DNA of 64,000 bases. It comes from Squalus acanthias (Eukaryota). Below the pieces are notes generated by a model, which was not told the DNA's origin, did no database searches, and worked only from the letters and a program-made list of their open reading frames with translations. Both the position numbers and the translations under genes were made by a program. Numbering within the stretch: the first letter of the stretch is position 1; each line of letters opens with the position of its first letter. The stretch is from assembly GCA_030390025.1 (NCBI GenBank), contig CM059432.1, forward strand, positions 85,748,001-85,812,000, read 5' to 3'. This document shows positions 12,910 to 25,826 of this stretch, piece by piece.

Positions 12910-14181
12910 ATGGGTGCTGCTTATGCTGTCTCACCTTGGACCTCAGAATCAGACCAAGATGAGCCCCAGCACCAACAACACCAGCAGCAGCAGCAGCCAC
13001 AACACCAGCAGCAGCAGCCACAACACCAGCAGCAACAACAACAACAGCAGCCTTCTCCTCAATGACCTGATGCTCCACAGGTGAGAGGGGGTCAGCACAG
13101 GGCTGCACCACGCCGGAGGCGATAACCCCAGTACAGGGTATACAGGCAGAGGATGAGCTTCCTGGACATGACTGAACAACAGTGCTTCAGGAGGCTCAGG
13201 CTATCGCGCCAGGTCATGGGAGACATTTGTAGCTTGCTGGAAGAAGACCTGCTGCCCAGAGAACCTGGTGGACACTCCTTACCAGTGGCTGTCAAAGTCA
13301 CCACTGCCCTCAACTTCTTCGCCTTAGGCTCTTTCCAGGGATCTGCAGCAAACATTTGCAGGATCTTGCAGTCGGCTGCCCACAGATGCATCACCCAGTC
13401 GACCGATGCCATGTTTCACAAGTCAGCCACTTATATGAACTTTGCCACTGATGAAGCCAGTGTTACTGAGCGGGCACTCAGCTTAGCGGCTCTGGCTGGC
13501 TTTCCACAGGTGCAGGGCGTCATCGACTGCACACAGGTGGCCATCAAGGCACCCCCACATTACTCAGGAGTGTTTGTGAACTGCAAGGGCTTCCACTCCC
13601 ACCATAAAAAGATCATTATGCATGTGTGTGCCAGATTCCCTGGCAGCTGTCATGACTCTTTTGTTCTGCGCCAGTCCACCCTCCCTCAGCTCTTCGCACC
13701 TCCAAACAGACTTACTGGCTTGCTGCTTGAAGACAAGGGCTATCCACTGAAGACGTGGCTGATGACATCCTTCAGGAGGCCAAGTAATGAGGCCGAGGAG
13801 CGTTATAATGACAGCCACATGTCCACCAGATGTGTCAAAGAGCAAGCAATCGGCATGATGAAGATGCGCTTCAGATGCCTTGATAGATCTGAAGGAGCCC
13901 TTCAGTACGCACCAGCCAGGGTCTCCAGAATCATCGTCGTTTTCTGCACGCTGCACAACAAAGTGCAGCAGCAAGGATTGGAGCTGCAGGAGGAGCAAGG
14001 CACACAGCACACAGCCTCTTCGTCGGAGGAACAGGTGGAAGACGATCAGGAGGAGGAGGAAGAACAGGTGAAACATGAGCAGGAGGAGGAGAAGTAAGCT
14101 GAGGTAGAGATGGCACCAGCAGCAGCGCACATTGCTGCCTGGGAGGCCCGGGATAGCCTCATCATGGCCAGATTTATTTAA
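12910..14181 (+). pseudogene. Harbinger transposase with N-terminal poly-Q and C-terminal acidic tract
   Basis: ATG at 12910 is in frame with ORF 13153-14097 ([45 protein letters not shown]). Three premature stops and loss of LNVQLVCD. The homologous C-terminus ARDSLIMARFI* ends at 14181. Confidence 0.88.
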
Positions 14182-14189
14182 CTTGCACC

Positions 14190-17168
14190 AGTGCACCCAT
14201 ATCACTGCCAGATGCTGTACGAATGAATGAAACTGGACGGACCCCCCGGCATTGACCTCGGCACCGGCTACGGACACGGCAACAGCACACCCAGCCCAGT
14301 CAACCCCGCAAAGTCCTCCTAACCAACATCTGGGGACTTGTGCCAAAATTGGGAGAGCTGTCCCGCAGACTAGTCAGCAACAGCCTGACAGTCATACTCA
14401 CAGAATCATACCTTTCTGCCAATGTCCCTAACTGCTCCATCACCATCCCTGGGTATGTCCTGTCCCACTGACGGGACAGATCCACAGTAGTGACACAGTG
14501 GTATACAGTCGGGAAGGAATGGCCCTGGGAGTCCTCAACATTGACTCTGGACCCCATGAAGTCTCATGGCTTCAGGTCAAGCATGGGCAAGGAAACATCC
14601 TGCTGATTACTACCTACCGCCCTCCCTCAGCTGATGAATCAATACTCCTCCATGTTAAACACCACTTGGAAGAAGCACTGAGAGTAGCAAGGGCACAGAA
14701 TGTACTCTGGGTGGGGGACTTCAATGTCCATCATGAAGAGTGGCTTGGTAGCACCATTACTGACTGAGCTGGCCGAGTCCTGAAGGACATAGCTGCCAGT
14801 CTGGGCCTGCGACAGGTGGTGAGAGAACCAACACAAGGGAAAAACCTACTTGACCTCGTCCTCACCAATCTACCTGTCGCAAATGCATCTGTCCATGACA
14901 GTATTGGTAGCAGTGACCACCGCACAGTCCTTGTGGAGACGAAGTCCTATCTTCACACTGAGGACACCCTCCATCGTGTTGTGTGGCACTACCACCATGC
15001 TAAATGGGATAGATTCAGAACAGATCTAGCAGCTCAAAACTGGGCATCCATGAGGTGCTGTGGGCCATCAGCAGCAGCAGAATTGTATTCCGCCACAATC
15101 TGTAACCCGGCATATTCCTCACTCTACCATTACCATCAAGCCAGGTGACCAACGCTGGTTCATTAAGAAGTGTAGAAGAGCATGCAAGGAGCAGCACCAG
15201 GCGTACCTAAAAATGAGGTGCCAACCTGGGCAAGCTGCAACACAGGACTACATGCATGCTAAAAAACGGAAGCAGCATGCTATAGGCAGGGTTAAGAGAT
15301 CCCACAATCAATGGATCAGATCAAAGCTCTGCAGTCCTGCCACACCCAGTCGCGAATGGTGGTGGACCATTAAACAACTAAATGGAGGACTAGACTCCAT
15401 GAATATCCCCATCCTCAATGATGGTGGAGCCCAGCACATGAGTGCAAAAGACAAGGCTGAAGCGTTTGCAACCATCTTCAGCCAGAAGTGCCGAGTGGAT
15501 GATTCATATCGGCCTCCTCCTGAGGTCCCCACCATCACAGAAGCCAGTCTTCAGCCAATTCGATTCACGCCACGTGATATCAAGAAACGGCTGAGCACAC
15601 TGGATACAGCAAAGACTATGGGCCCCGACAACAACCTGGCTATCGTGCTGAAGACTTGTGCTCCAGAACTAGCCGCGCCTCTAGCCAAGCTGTTCCAGTA
15701 CAGCTACAACACTGGCATCTATCCGACAATGTGGAAAACTGCCCAGGTATGTCCTGTCCACAAAAAGCAGGACAAATCCAATCCGGCTAATTACTGCCCC
15801 ATCAGTCTACTCTTAATCATCAGCAAAGTGATGGAAGGTGTCGTCGACCGTGCTATCAAGCGGCACTTACTCACCAATAACCTGCTCACTGATGCCCAGT
15901 TTGGGTTCCGCCAAGACCACTCTGCTCCCGACCTCATTACAGCCTTGGTCCAAACATGGACAAAGGAGCTGAATTCCAGAAATGAGGTGTGAGTGACTGC
16001 CCTTGACATCAAGGCACCATTTCACCGAGTGTGGCAACAAGGAGCCCTCATAAAACTGAAGTCAATGGGAATCGGGGGGAAAACTCTCCACTGGCTGGAG
16101 TCATACCTAACACAACGGAAGATGGTTGTGGTGGTTGAAGGTCAATCATCACAGCCCCCGGTCATCGCTGCAGGAGTTCCTCAGGGCAGTGTCCTAGGCC
16201 CAACCATCTTCAGCTGCTTCATCAATGACCTTCCCTCCAACATAAGGTCAGAAATAGGGATGTTCACTGATGACTGCACAGTGTTCAGTGCCATTCACAA
16301 CTCCTCAGACAATGAAGCAGTCCATGCCCCACATGCAACAAGACCTGGACGACGTTCAGGCTTGGGCTGATAAGTGGCAGGTAATGTTTGCGCCACAGAA
16401 GTGCCAGGCAATGACTATCTCCAACAAGCGAGAGTCTAACCACTGCCCCTTGACAGTCAACAGCATTACCATCGCCGAATCCACCACCATCAAAATCCTG
16501 GGGGTCACCATTGACCAGAAACTTAACTGGACCAGCCACATAAATACTGTGGCAACAAGAGCAGGTCAGAGGCTGGGTATTCTGCGGCAAGTGTCTCACC
16601 TGCTGACTCCCCAAATCCTTTCCAACATCTACAAGGCACAAGTAAGGAGTGTAATGGAATACTCTCCACTTGCCTGGATGAGTTCAGCTCCAACGTCACT
16701 CAAGAAGCTCAACACCATCCAGGACAAAGCAGCCCGCTTGATTGGCACCCCATCCACCACCTTAAACATTCACTCCCTCCATCACCGGCGTACCGTGGCT
16801 GCAGTGTGTACCATCTACAAGATGCACTGCAGCAACTCACCAAGACTTCTTCGGCAGCACCTCCAAACCCGCGACCTCTTCCACCTAGAAGGACAAGGGC
16901 AGCAGGCGCATGGGAACACCACCACCTCCAAGTTCCCCTCCAAGTCACACAGCATCCTGACTTAGAAGTATATCACCGATCCTTCATCATCGCTGGGTCA
17001 AAATCCTGGAACTCCCTGCCTAACAGCACTGTGGGAGTAACTTCACCACACGGATTGCAGCGGTTGAAGAAGGCGGCTCACCACCATCTTCTCAAGGGCA
17101 ACTAGGGATGGGCAATAACTGCTGGCCTTGCCAGCGACGCCCACATCCCATAAATGAGTTTAAAAAAA
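14190..17168 (+). mobile_element. LINE (CR1/L2 group), near-complete disrupted ORF2 (APE endonuclease + RT)
   Basis: [44 protein letters not shown] and MEYSPLAW motifs, with an A-rich 3' end. Confidence 0.9.
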
Positions 17169-17399
17169 CCTAGCTTCCCCACCCCCCACAACATCACAAA
17201 GCAGTCCTACAATGACCAAGCCATTCTTCTGACCCAAACTCCATTGCCCGAGGTTAAGTAATGTCTCAGCCACTTCCTCGGTAGCAGGCAAAAATGGATA
17301 AGATGGGAAAGTTGTGCAAAGAAATAAGTTTATGTGTATCATAAATTGAACTGAAAGTTAACACTAACATTTTGGCAAACACCCATGTGCATACCCTTG

Positions 17400-20300
17400 T
17401 GCATCCACGATTGTGTCTTTTTTCATTTACGCGTGCTACTCCTGTGGCTTCAGCAGAGGTAGAGGCAGGCTGCTTACTTCCCTGCTGCGACTGCTTACGC
17501 ACTTTTGGTGGATGTCCTCTGGGTTTTGGAGCCTGTGAGGGCCCCGCCAAAGACTGCTCCTCCTGCAACTGTGCAGGGGCAGACTCGGCCATCGGGATCC
17601 GAGGTAGCATGTGGGGCTCTGACTGAGGGGGATGCAATGGGGGAGAAGTGGGAGCACTTTGAGAAGAACCCCCACTTCCATGTCTCCTCTCACCATCATC
17701 CCTCTCAAGGGCCACCCGCACTTCCCTTCTAGCAAGGAGCTGGAGAGCACTTTACTGCACATCAGTGGGGTGATGAAGGCCCAAGTCTACGTTAATATCC
17801 CTCCTCGAGATGAGGTCAATGAGCGTCTGCCATCTGTTGTTCACAGCAAGCATGTGCTCATGTGATTGGCGCATTAGCTGCTCCATGCAGGTGGCCATCC
17901 TTTTCGTGGAACAGCACATCGTCGCCATCGCCTGCGACATGGTGCTGCTCATGTTGGAGACGGACTCCTCCATTCTCTGCACATTTGTACACATCGCGGC
18001 TGCAAAAGCTGCCAGAGCCTCATGCAGTTGTTGCTGCCCCTCCAAGATCACCCTCTTTTTCAATAGTCCCCGAGGATCAGCATCTGCAGGCAGCCCAGCA
18101 GAACTTGGAGCATCCTGTGCCCTCCAACGAGGAGTCTCCACTCCTGTCCCTGTCAACATCATATTTATATAGCGCCTTTAACATAGTAAAACGTCCCAAG
18201 GCGCTTCACAGGAGTGTTATAAGACAAAAACATTTACATTGAGCCACATATGAAATTTGGCCAGATGACCAAAAGCTTGGTAAAAGAGGTAGGTATTAAG
18301 GAGCATCTTAATGGATGAAAGAGAGGTAGAGAGGCAGAGAGGTTTAGGGAGTGAGTTCCAGAGCTTAGGGTCTAGGCAGCTGAAGGCACGGCCACCGATG
18401 GTTGAGCGATTAAAATCAGGGATACTCAAAAGGGCAGAATTTGAGGAGCGCGGATATCTCGGGGGTTGTGGGGCTGAAGGAGATTACAGAGATAGGGAGG
18501 CGCGAGGCCATGGAAGGATTTGAAAACAAGGATGAGAATTTTTAAATCAAGGCGTTGCTTAACCAGGAGCCAATGTAGGTCAGTGAGCACAGGGGTGATG
18601 GATGAACGGGACTTGGTGTGAGTTAGGACACGGGCAGCCGAGTTTTGGATGAGCTCAAATTTACGTAGGGTAGAATATGGGAGGCCAGCCAGGAGTGCAT
18701 TGGAATAGTCAAGTCTAGAGGTAACAAAGGCATGGATGAGGGATCCAGCAGCAGATGAACTGAGGCAGGGGCAGGGACGGGCAATGTTACGGAGGTGGAA
18801 ATAGGTGGTCTTAGTTATGCCGCGGATGTGTGGTCGAAAGCTCATTTCAGGGTCAAATATGACACCAAGGTTGCGAACTGTCTGGTTCAGCCTCAGACAG
18901 ATGCTAGGGAGGGGGAAGGAGTCGGTGGCTAGGGAACGGAGTTTGTGGTGGGGCCCGAAAACAATGGCTTCAGTCTTCCCAATATTTAATTGGAGAAAAT
19001 GGATGTCAGACAAGCAGTGTGTCAATTTAGAGACCGTGGAGGGGTCGAGAGAAGTGGTGAGGTAGAGCTGGGTGTCGTCAGCGTACATGTGGAAACTGAT
19101 GCCATGTTTTCGGATGATGTTGCCTAGGGGCAGCATATAGATGAGAAATAGGAGGGGGCTAAGAATAGATCCTTGGGTAACCCCAGAGGTAACAATGCGT
19201 GAGCGGGAAGAGAAGCCATTGCAGGTGATTTTCTGGCTACGATTAGATAGATAAGAATGGAACCAGGTGAGTGCAGTCCCACCCAGCTGGTCGATGGTGG
19301 AGAGGCGTTAGAGGAGGATGGAGTGGTCAACCATGCCAAAGGCAGACAGGTCGAGAAGGACGAGGAGGGATAGTTTACCTTTGTCACAGTCACAAAGGAT
19401 GTCATTTGTGACTTTGATGAGAGCCGTTTTGGTACTGTGGCAGGCGCAGAAAGCGGATTGGAGGGATCCAAACATGGAGTTCCGGGAAAGATGGGCACGG
19501 ATTTGGGAGGTGACAACACATTCAAGGACTTTGGAGAGGAAAGGGAGGTTGGAGATGGGGTGGTAGTTTGCAAGGACGGATGGGTCATGGGTTGTTTATT
19601 TGAGAGGGGTGATGATAGCAGATTTGAAGGAGAGGGGGACAGTACCTGAGGAGAGAGAACCGTTAACAATATCAGTTAACATCGGAGCTAGAAAAGGAAG
19701 TTGGGTGGTCAGCAGTTTAGTGGGAATAGGGTCGAGGGAGCAGGAAGTGGGTCTCATGGACAAGATGAGTATGGAGAGGTCAAGAGGGGAGATCGGAGAG
19801 AAACTGGAGAAAGATGCGAGTTCAGGGCTAGGGCAGGGGGAAACCTTAGAGGAAGTTTGGCCCGGTGGACTGGGGGAAGGAAGGGAAGTGGCAGAGACAG
19901 CTGATCGGATGGTCTCAATTGTAGAGACAAAGAAGTCCATGAGCACCTCGCACTTGTTGGAGGTGAGTGTGGAGGAGACAGGGGAGAGTGGTTAGCAGTA
20001 GAGAATAGGAGCCAGGGGTTATCTTTGCATTCCAGAATGATCCTGGAATAGTGAGCAGTTTTGGCAGACAAGAGTAGGACCCGATAATGCTTTATGTGGT
20101 CCAGCCAGATCTGGCGGTGAATGACTAAACCAGTTGTCCGCCATATCCGTTCACGTTTGCGTCCCTTGGACTTGAGAGAGCAAAGATGAAGGCTGTACCA
20201 GGGGGACCGGCCAGGGTGAGAGAGAGTAATGTTTTTAATAGGGACTAGGGCATCAAAGGTGGTGGTGAGGGTGTGGTTGAGCAGATCGGTAGCTGCAGAA

Positions 20301-20674
20301 ATGTCATGGTGAATGGAGGGCCAAAGGCTGTACAGTTGGGATTTCGTAAGTGCAGTTGTAAGAGAGTTGGGAGAGAGTTTTTTCCAGGGGCGGACACAGA
20401 AGGAAGTGGGGTTGGGGGGCGGGGAGCCGCAAGGGGATCCTGACCTCAGGAGATCATTGAATCTTTTGCGGCACTGAATCCATGTCCTCCTCACCACATC
20501 CCTGCTGCTGACATCCTCTGCGATGTCTAGCCATGCTCTCTTAGTGTCTTTTGCTGGTCTTTTTCAGCCATCCGCAGGGAAGAGGACCTACCTGCGTGCT
20601 CTTACTCGCTGGACCAGCACTTCCAGGGAGGCATCTGGGAATCTTGGGGCTGCCCTCTGCCTTTTTGTCTTCAT
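17400..20674 (-). pseudogene. Harbinger Myb/SANT-like gene interrupted by an L2 LINE
   Basis: Exon 1 from ATG 20674: MKTKRQRAAPRFPDASLEVLV..AWLDIAEDVSSRDVVRRTWIQCRKRFNDLL. C-terminal exon remnants at 17400-18150. The middle appears lost at the L2 junction. Confidence 0.75.
18155..20437 (-). mobile_element. L2-clade LINE, 5'-truncated
   Basis: HMYADDTQLY, LQLNIGKTE, FVTSRLDYSNALLAGLP and LHWL motifs, and an L2-type 3' tail ending GCGCTATATAAAT. Confidence 0.9.
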
Positions 20675-21091
20675 GACCCACAGAATTGTCAATGTTATTC
20701 AGCAATTTTGAGCTCTTGAAATCAACTCCTACAGCAACCTTCAAATGAGATGTGTGCAAGGCTGCCTTAAATATCCACGCTGAAAATGAGTCATCAGTGA
20801 TGTCACCAGACCTGTTTCATTTAATTGGGCCGGGAAACTCGCATGACTCTTTTAATTGGTGCCATTGAGTTAAATGCGCAGTGCAGAATGCGCTGTTCAA
20901 ATCTTCGGGATGGAAACCCACTACACGGCCTGTACGCACCCGACCCGATTCCAAGGTAAAGATTCCGGCCTTGGTGTGGGCCCCAAGGCCTACTCCGGTG
21001 GGAGAAAGATCTGCCTGAGATAGAGAGGTGTAAATAAACTTCTATTCCGAACTAAATCTGAGAAGTCGCACAACACCAGGTTATAGTCCAA

Positions 21092-21984
21092 GGGGGAGAA
21101 ATTCAGTATCGCCCCATTTGGGGCGCAATTATCGGCCGGGCGCAAAGATTAGCGCCTGGCGCTAATTATCGCCACCGACTGCAAACTTGACTTTTATCGC
21201 CCCTGGAGGTGATTGGAGCGCTAAATCGGGCGCTTCACACCTGTCTTAAGGCGCAAAAGCCGAGGAGCGAGGCGCTACCTCAGAGCGCTGGCGAAGCTCA
21301 TGTGATGTCAGTCAGCAATGGAACACACACACAATGGCACCGGCCAGTTCTTAAAGGGGATGGTTGATCTTGCTTTCCATCCACATCCTGCTCATTGCAG
21401 CCTTGAATCTCGGCCTGGAGAGACCTGCACATCAAATCTGCTGGAAAGAACAATGGAGAGTACCAGGCAAAGAGCTCAGAGTGCAGCCCCCACAGTCTCT
21501 TCTAAATCGATACAAGGAATGGCAAATCAAAATGAACCTGCAAAGTGCTGCTCAGTACCCAAAACTCCTTCACACAACGTTGAATCTCTCCAGAAGTCTC
21601 TCTCTCTCTCTCTCAGAATGCGTAGTTCAAAAATGGCACCAACAATAAAAGGCAGGAAGCGGTCACCTTTAAATAGCGCTCCCCCTTTCCCTTCATGACT
21701 GCAGAACGCTCCCCTCAACCTGTCGTTGCTAGCGTCAGGCGGTAAGGCAGGGGGTGCCACTCAATATCCGCTCCGGGGCGATACCGGGGCGTTGCGCACT
21801 CGACTGATGTCATGATCTGCCGGCGCAGGAGATCGTGGCGGTAGTGTTTAGCGCCGCCGCAAAATGTCTAGTTAATTTCGCGAGCGGCGCAAACTTCGCC
21901 GCGCCTGGGCGCTGGATGCTTTGCGCCCCATTAGCGCCCTCTTAAGGCGCTAACGGGAGGCGCAACCAACTGAATTTTTCCCCC
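21092..21984. mobile_element. Non-autonomous Harbinger MITE inserted in the left Penelope arm
   Basis: TIRs GGGGGAGAAATTCAGT / ACTGAATTTTTCCCCC, CAA TSD. Removing it restores the match to the right arm. CpG-rich subterminal repeats. Confidence 0.9.
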
Positions 21985-22003
21985 CAACAGTTTTATTTAA
22001 AAT

Positions 22004-22039
22004 TACGAGCTTTCGGAGCTGCTGCCCCTTCGTCAGGTA
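22004..22039 (-). ncRNA. Minimal type I hammerhead ribozyme motif (left arm)
   Basis: Minus strand TAC-CTGACGA-A-GGGGC-AGCA-GCTCC-GAAA-GC-TC-GTA. Confidence 0.75.
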
Positions 22040-22833
22040 GAGGTACATTGAGGGAATCTATTACACAGTATATATACACAGAGAGCAATTTGTCTGCAGA
22101 GATACAATCTGTTAGGAAGGCATTACATCAAAGACACATCAGAGTACAGCTAAGACAATGAGGTGGGTCACAGGGGGTCCAACGTGTCAAATGTTGCCGT
22201 CTGCAGTTGAGCTTTTAACTTTTTTTTTGTTTTTTTGTTTTTGTTTTTTTTTTGTTGTTTTTTTCTGTGTTTTTTTTTAAAACTGGAAAGACAGACAACG
22301 ATGTCGAGTCACGTTCTGTAGCGTGACATGAACCCGAGATCCCTATTGAGGCCGTCCTCATGGGTGCGGAACTTGGCTATCAGTTTCTGCTTGATGATTT
22401 TGCGTTGTCGTGTGTCTCGAAGGCCGCCTTGGAGAACGCTAACCCGCAGATCCGAGGTTGAATGTCCTTGACGCAAAATCATTGAGCAGAAACTGATAGC
22501 CAAGTTCCGCACCCATGAGGACGGCCTCAATAGGGATCTCGGGTTCATGTCACGCTACAGAACGTGACTCGACATCGTTGTCTGTCTTTCCAATTAAAAA
22601 AAAACACAGAAAAAAACAACCAAAAAAAACCAAAAAACCAAAACAAAAAAAAAGTTAAAAGCTCAACTGCAGACGGCAACATTTGACACGTTGGACCCCC
22701 TGTGGCCCACCTCATTGTCTTAGCTGTACTCTGATGTGTCTTTGATGTAATGCCTTCCTAACAGATTGTATCTCTGCAGACAAATTGCTCTCTGTGTATA
22801 TATACTGTGTGATAGATTCCCTCAATGTACCTC

Positions 22834-22868
22834 TACCTGACGAAGGAGCAGCGCTCCGAAAGCTCGTA
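22834..22868 (+). ncRNA. Minimal type I hammerhead ribozyme motif (right arm)
   Basis: TAC-CTGACGA-A-GGAGC-AGC-GCTCC-GAAA-GC-TC^GTA. Predicted cleavage after 22865. AATAAA at 22875-22880. Confidence 0.8.
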
Positions 22869-24537
22869 ATTTTAAATAAAACTGTTGGACTATAACCTGG
22901 TGTTGTGCGACTTCTCATTTTTGTCCACCCCAGTCCAACGCCGGCATCTCCGCATCATGAGAACTAAATCTGAATTTAGGAGGAGGAGCAGGATTATCAG
23001 AATGTAATTGTTTACTTGCAATATACTGTAGTAGAAAGTGGGCCAAATATTGTTTCAGTCAAATATGGACAAAAGAACCACAGTCTGTTCACACGCTTTC
23101 TAAACCTTCAGGAAGCCCCACACATAAAGATTACATTGTTATAAATATTGTGTATCAGGGCCTAAAGAGTGCGAGTTGACCAGCTCTTTGGATTCACCTT
23201 GCCAATTTAAATATGTATTAAAAAATATTTTATGTTTGCTTAAAATCAGCTCTGTGATTTGAAAATTCACCTGATCAGGTAAAGTGCAAGATGAATAGGT
23301 TGTTAGCTCTGTTTCATAGTCATATCTCAGTATACTTGTCTGCAATAATCTGGTATTAAATAAGTACATCTACTCCAGTTATTATTTCTCAATCATCTGC
23401 CCAATCAGATGTTTCTGATAAATAAAATCAGTCCAAATCTCACTGTCGTCAGATGCTACAAATTTTTTAAACTTTATTTTCAAAACTTAACTAATTTACT
23501 TCTGTGTTGCCAAATGTACATTACAAATGAGTTTTGCGTAACACTAAATTGAACAAAGCTTGTGATTTCAGGGGCAAAGTTATATTTTTGAGTGAAACTT
23601 TTGTATTTCTACCTCAAAGGTGATCAACAGTATTTAAGTGCAGTGTCTCATCGTAAGCTGTTTCGAATACATGTAAAGCCCACACTGTCTTCTGTAGTTG
23701 ATATTATTACTGCTCAACAGAAGCCCAAATTAACACTTAGTGATTCATCAAGGATCATGAAAAATGTTGTTCAGTTTTTTTCTCCATCTTTAGGATGTCT
23801 ATTTTCCATTCTCCCCAAATTTTAATCATCTTTTGTATCAGACAAAAACTGCATGCATCATAAGCAAAATGACCAAACGTTCTTTCAACTATCTTTTTTC
23901 CAAATTTGCCTTACAATGGGCATGGTTAGTATGAACAGATACTATGCAATCTCTGAATTGGTTCTGAGCAGCAAGTCCAAAAATACACATTTGATTTTGT
24001 GCTTATAAAAATGTGTTGACTTGCCGGGGGATAGAACAGTTTTTCCAGTATTTGATTGCATCTTTCATCCCAAGGTCAGGTAAAGCATGGTCCAGATGCA
24101 ATGCAAAACTCACTCCACCAAATCCAGGGAATGTGCCTGAGCCCCCACCTTAGAAAAGCACTGTCCACTGAACCCACCATCTCATTTGCATTCCACACTC
24201 AGCATCCTGAGTAAAATTGCTCAGTCACTGTTTAATGTGTGGCAAGGTGGTGTTTTGGACATCTCCACTGGGAGCTGGATTGGCTGTCTGAACTTTTCCC
24301 CCCACTTGTCTGGACTAGATTTGAACCTGAAAGGGCAAGTTCCCTAAATGCATTCTTACTGATTTAAATTAATTTCAAAATACTAAAGAAAAGTATGTCA
24401 TCAATTTGAAATTGAATTCTTAAACTAACAATCAATGTCTGCTGTATGTCAAGAGGCATTTCTATTTTTAAACTAAAGTTTAAAACCCAAGAATACATTA
24501 TAAAACTCACAGATTGTGTCTTCAGACCTGTGCCAGT

Positions 24538-24543
24538 TTTATT
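24538..24543 (-). terminator. Candidate SBSPON polyadenylation signal
   Basis: AATAAA on the minus strand about 200 nt after the stop codon. Another candidate lies at 23473-23478. Confidence 0.4.
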
Positions 24544-24743
24544 AAACATTTGAAGTGGTCTTTTTAAAGATCTTCATTCACATTCAGAATGATCCAGTGC
24601 TGTTTTACAGTAATACTTCCAAAGTGTGAGCTTGAAAGCAAGATGAGTGGTGTTTTTGTCAGATTGTTATAAATTTCGGCTTAACATTACATAACATAGT
24701 TTATAACTTAGTGTGGAAAGTTTCTAAAATAAGGAATGTCTTC

Positions 24744-24861
24744 TCAAGTAAATATGAAACTGTGGACAACGGGGCATGAACACTGTGCCACCTCACGCAC
24801 TTTTTTCCACGTTCCTCTACATCGAGAATTACCCACTGCTTGCCATTGAAAAATATGAGTC
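24744..24861 (-). CDS. SBSPON: SBSPON coding exon 5 (last)
   Basis: Acceptor TTCTGGCAG at 24863-24862. (G)THIFQWQAVGNSRCRGTWKKVREVAQCSCPVVHSFIFT* matches the SBSPON C-terminus as I recall it. Confidence 0.93.
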
Positions 24862-25826
24862 CTGCCAGAAATGCAAATATGAAAAAAGATAAATGATAAA
24901 CTTAACACAAGAAGTACAAAACTTGTCAGCATATATGGAAAGATGTATACAGAGAAATACAGACACGGAAAGGCTCGCTTTGATGAGAACAAAATAAACC
25001 TGACAACAAAACTGTAAAAGTTCTAAAACTGATCTGAATTATAGAACCTACACATTTGAACAATTGAAATAAAAGCAGGAAATTCTGGAAATATAAAACA
25101 GGTCTGTTCGCATCTGTAAAGAGTACTTGAAACATGCGTCGTATGTGTGCATTCAAGCTGTGAAATACATCACAACTGATATTTACATAATTTAAGTATA
25201 TTGGAGGATCTCCTGTGGAAGTGTTCCTGGACAGTCTGGGGTCTGAAGCACGATTAGTTAATAACCTGGTCTGTCCTTTTAAGGCCACTGCTCAAGTATT
25301 CATTGTGCACAAGTGATCTAAATGGGCAAATCCAGGCAATTGTAGCTAATTGTAAATTCCTGAGGACAATTGTAACTGCTTGTAAATTTCCAGCGCCAGA
25401 CCAGAAGAACCATCATGTAATGACTAACTTTCTTTATTTTTAAAGATTGCTTTGCACCTATAGCAAAATATAGCACTGTGAATTGTGATGTCCTATTGTG
25501 AGAGGTGCACACGCGGCACAAGACGATGGATATACTATGAACATATATAATAGAAAATGCATGCTATCCATAGTAAATGAAGTATGCATTTTCTGATTTA
25601 ACCCATGTCATGATCAGCAGTGCTATGTTTGTACTAATGAAGAGAATTTAAAAGAATAAGCTCAACAAACCTAATCGGTTCAAAGTTACTAATGGGCTGA
25701 TATTGTTCAATAATAGGAACATATTTCAGAAACTGGAAATCTCAAGAAATAGCACTTGGTAAATTAATTAATTAACTGCATATATTTACTGTTCATACAT
25801 GCACATTTGATTGAGTTCATAATTAC

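Larger units (their letters stand above)
12063..20970. mobile_element. PIF/Harbinger transposon (subfamily B) expanded by three nested retroelement insertions
   Basis: TIRs GGCCAGAATTT / GATTCCGGCC, TTG TSD (12060-12062, 20971-20973). Transposase (+) and Myb-like gene (-). Confidence 0.85.
21062..22960. mobile_element. Penelope-like element remnant: two 5'-truncated copies joined head-to-head (inverted pLTR)
   Basis: 13-bp TSD GAACTAAATCTGA (21049-21061, 22961-22973). GIY-YIG C-terminal-like peptide RVSVLQGGLRDTRQRKIIKQKLIAKFRTHEDGLNRDLGFM. Near-perfect inverted arms. Confidence 0.85.

Noticed and set aside
13153..14097. Host HARBI1 (domesticated transposase) gene
   Set aside because: It lies within TIRs and a TSD, has premature stops and a motif deletion, and has several paralogous decayed copies in the window.
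22200..22660. T-rich/A-rich arms as an assembly fold-back artefact
   Set aside because: The arms differ by substitutions and homopolymer lengths, only one has the MITE, and a 13-bp TSD flanks the whole structure.
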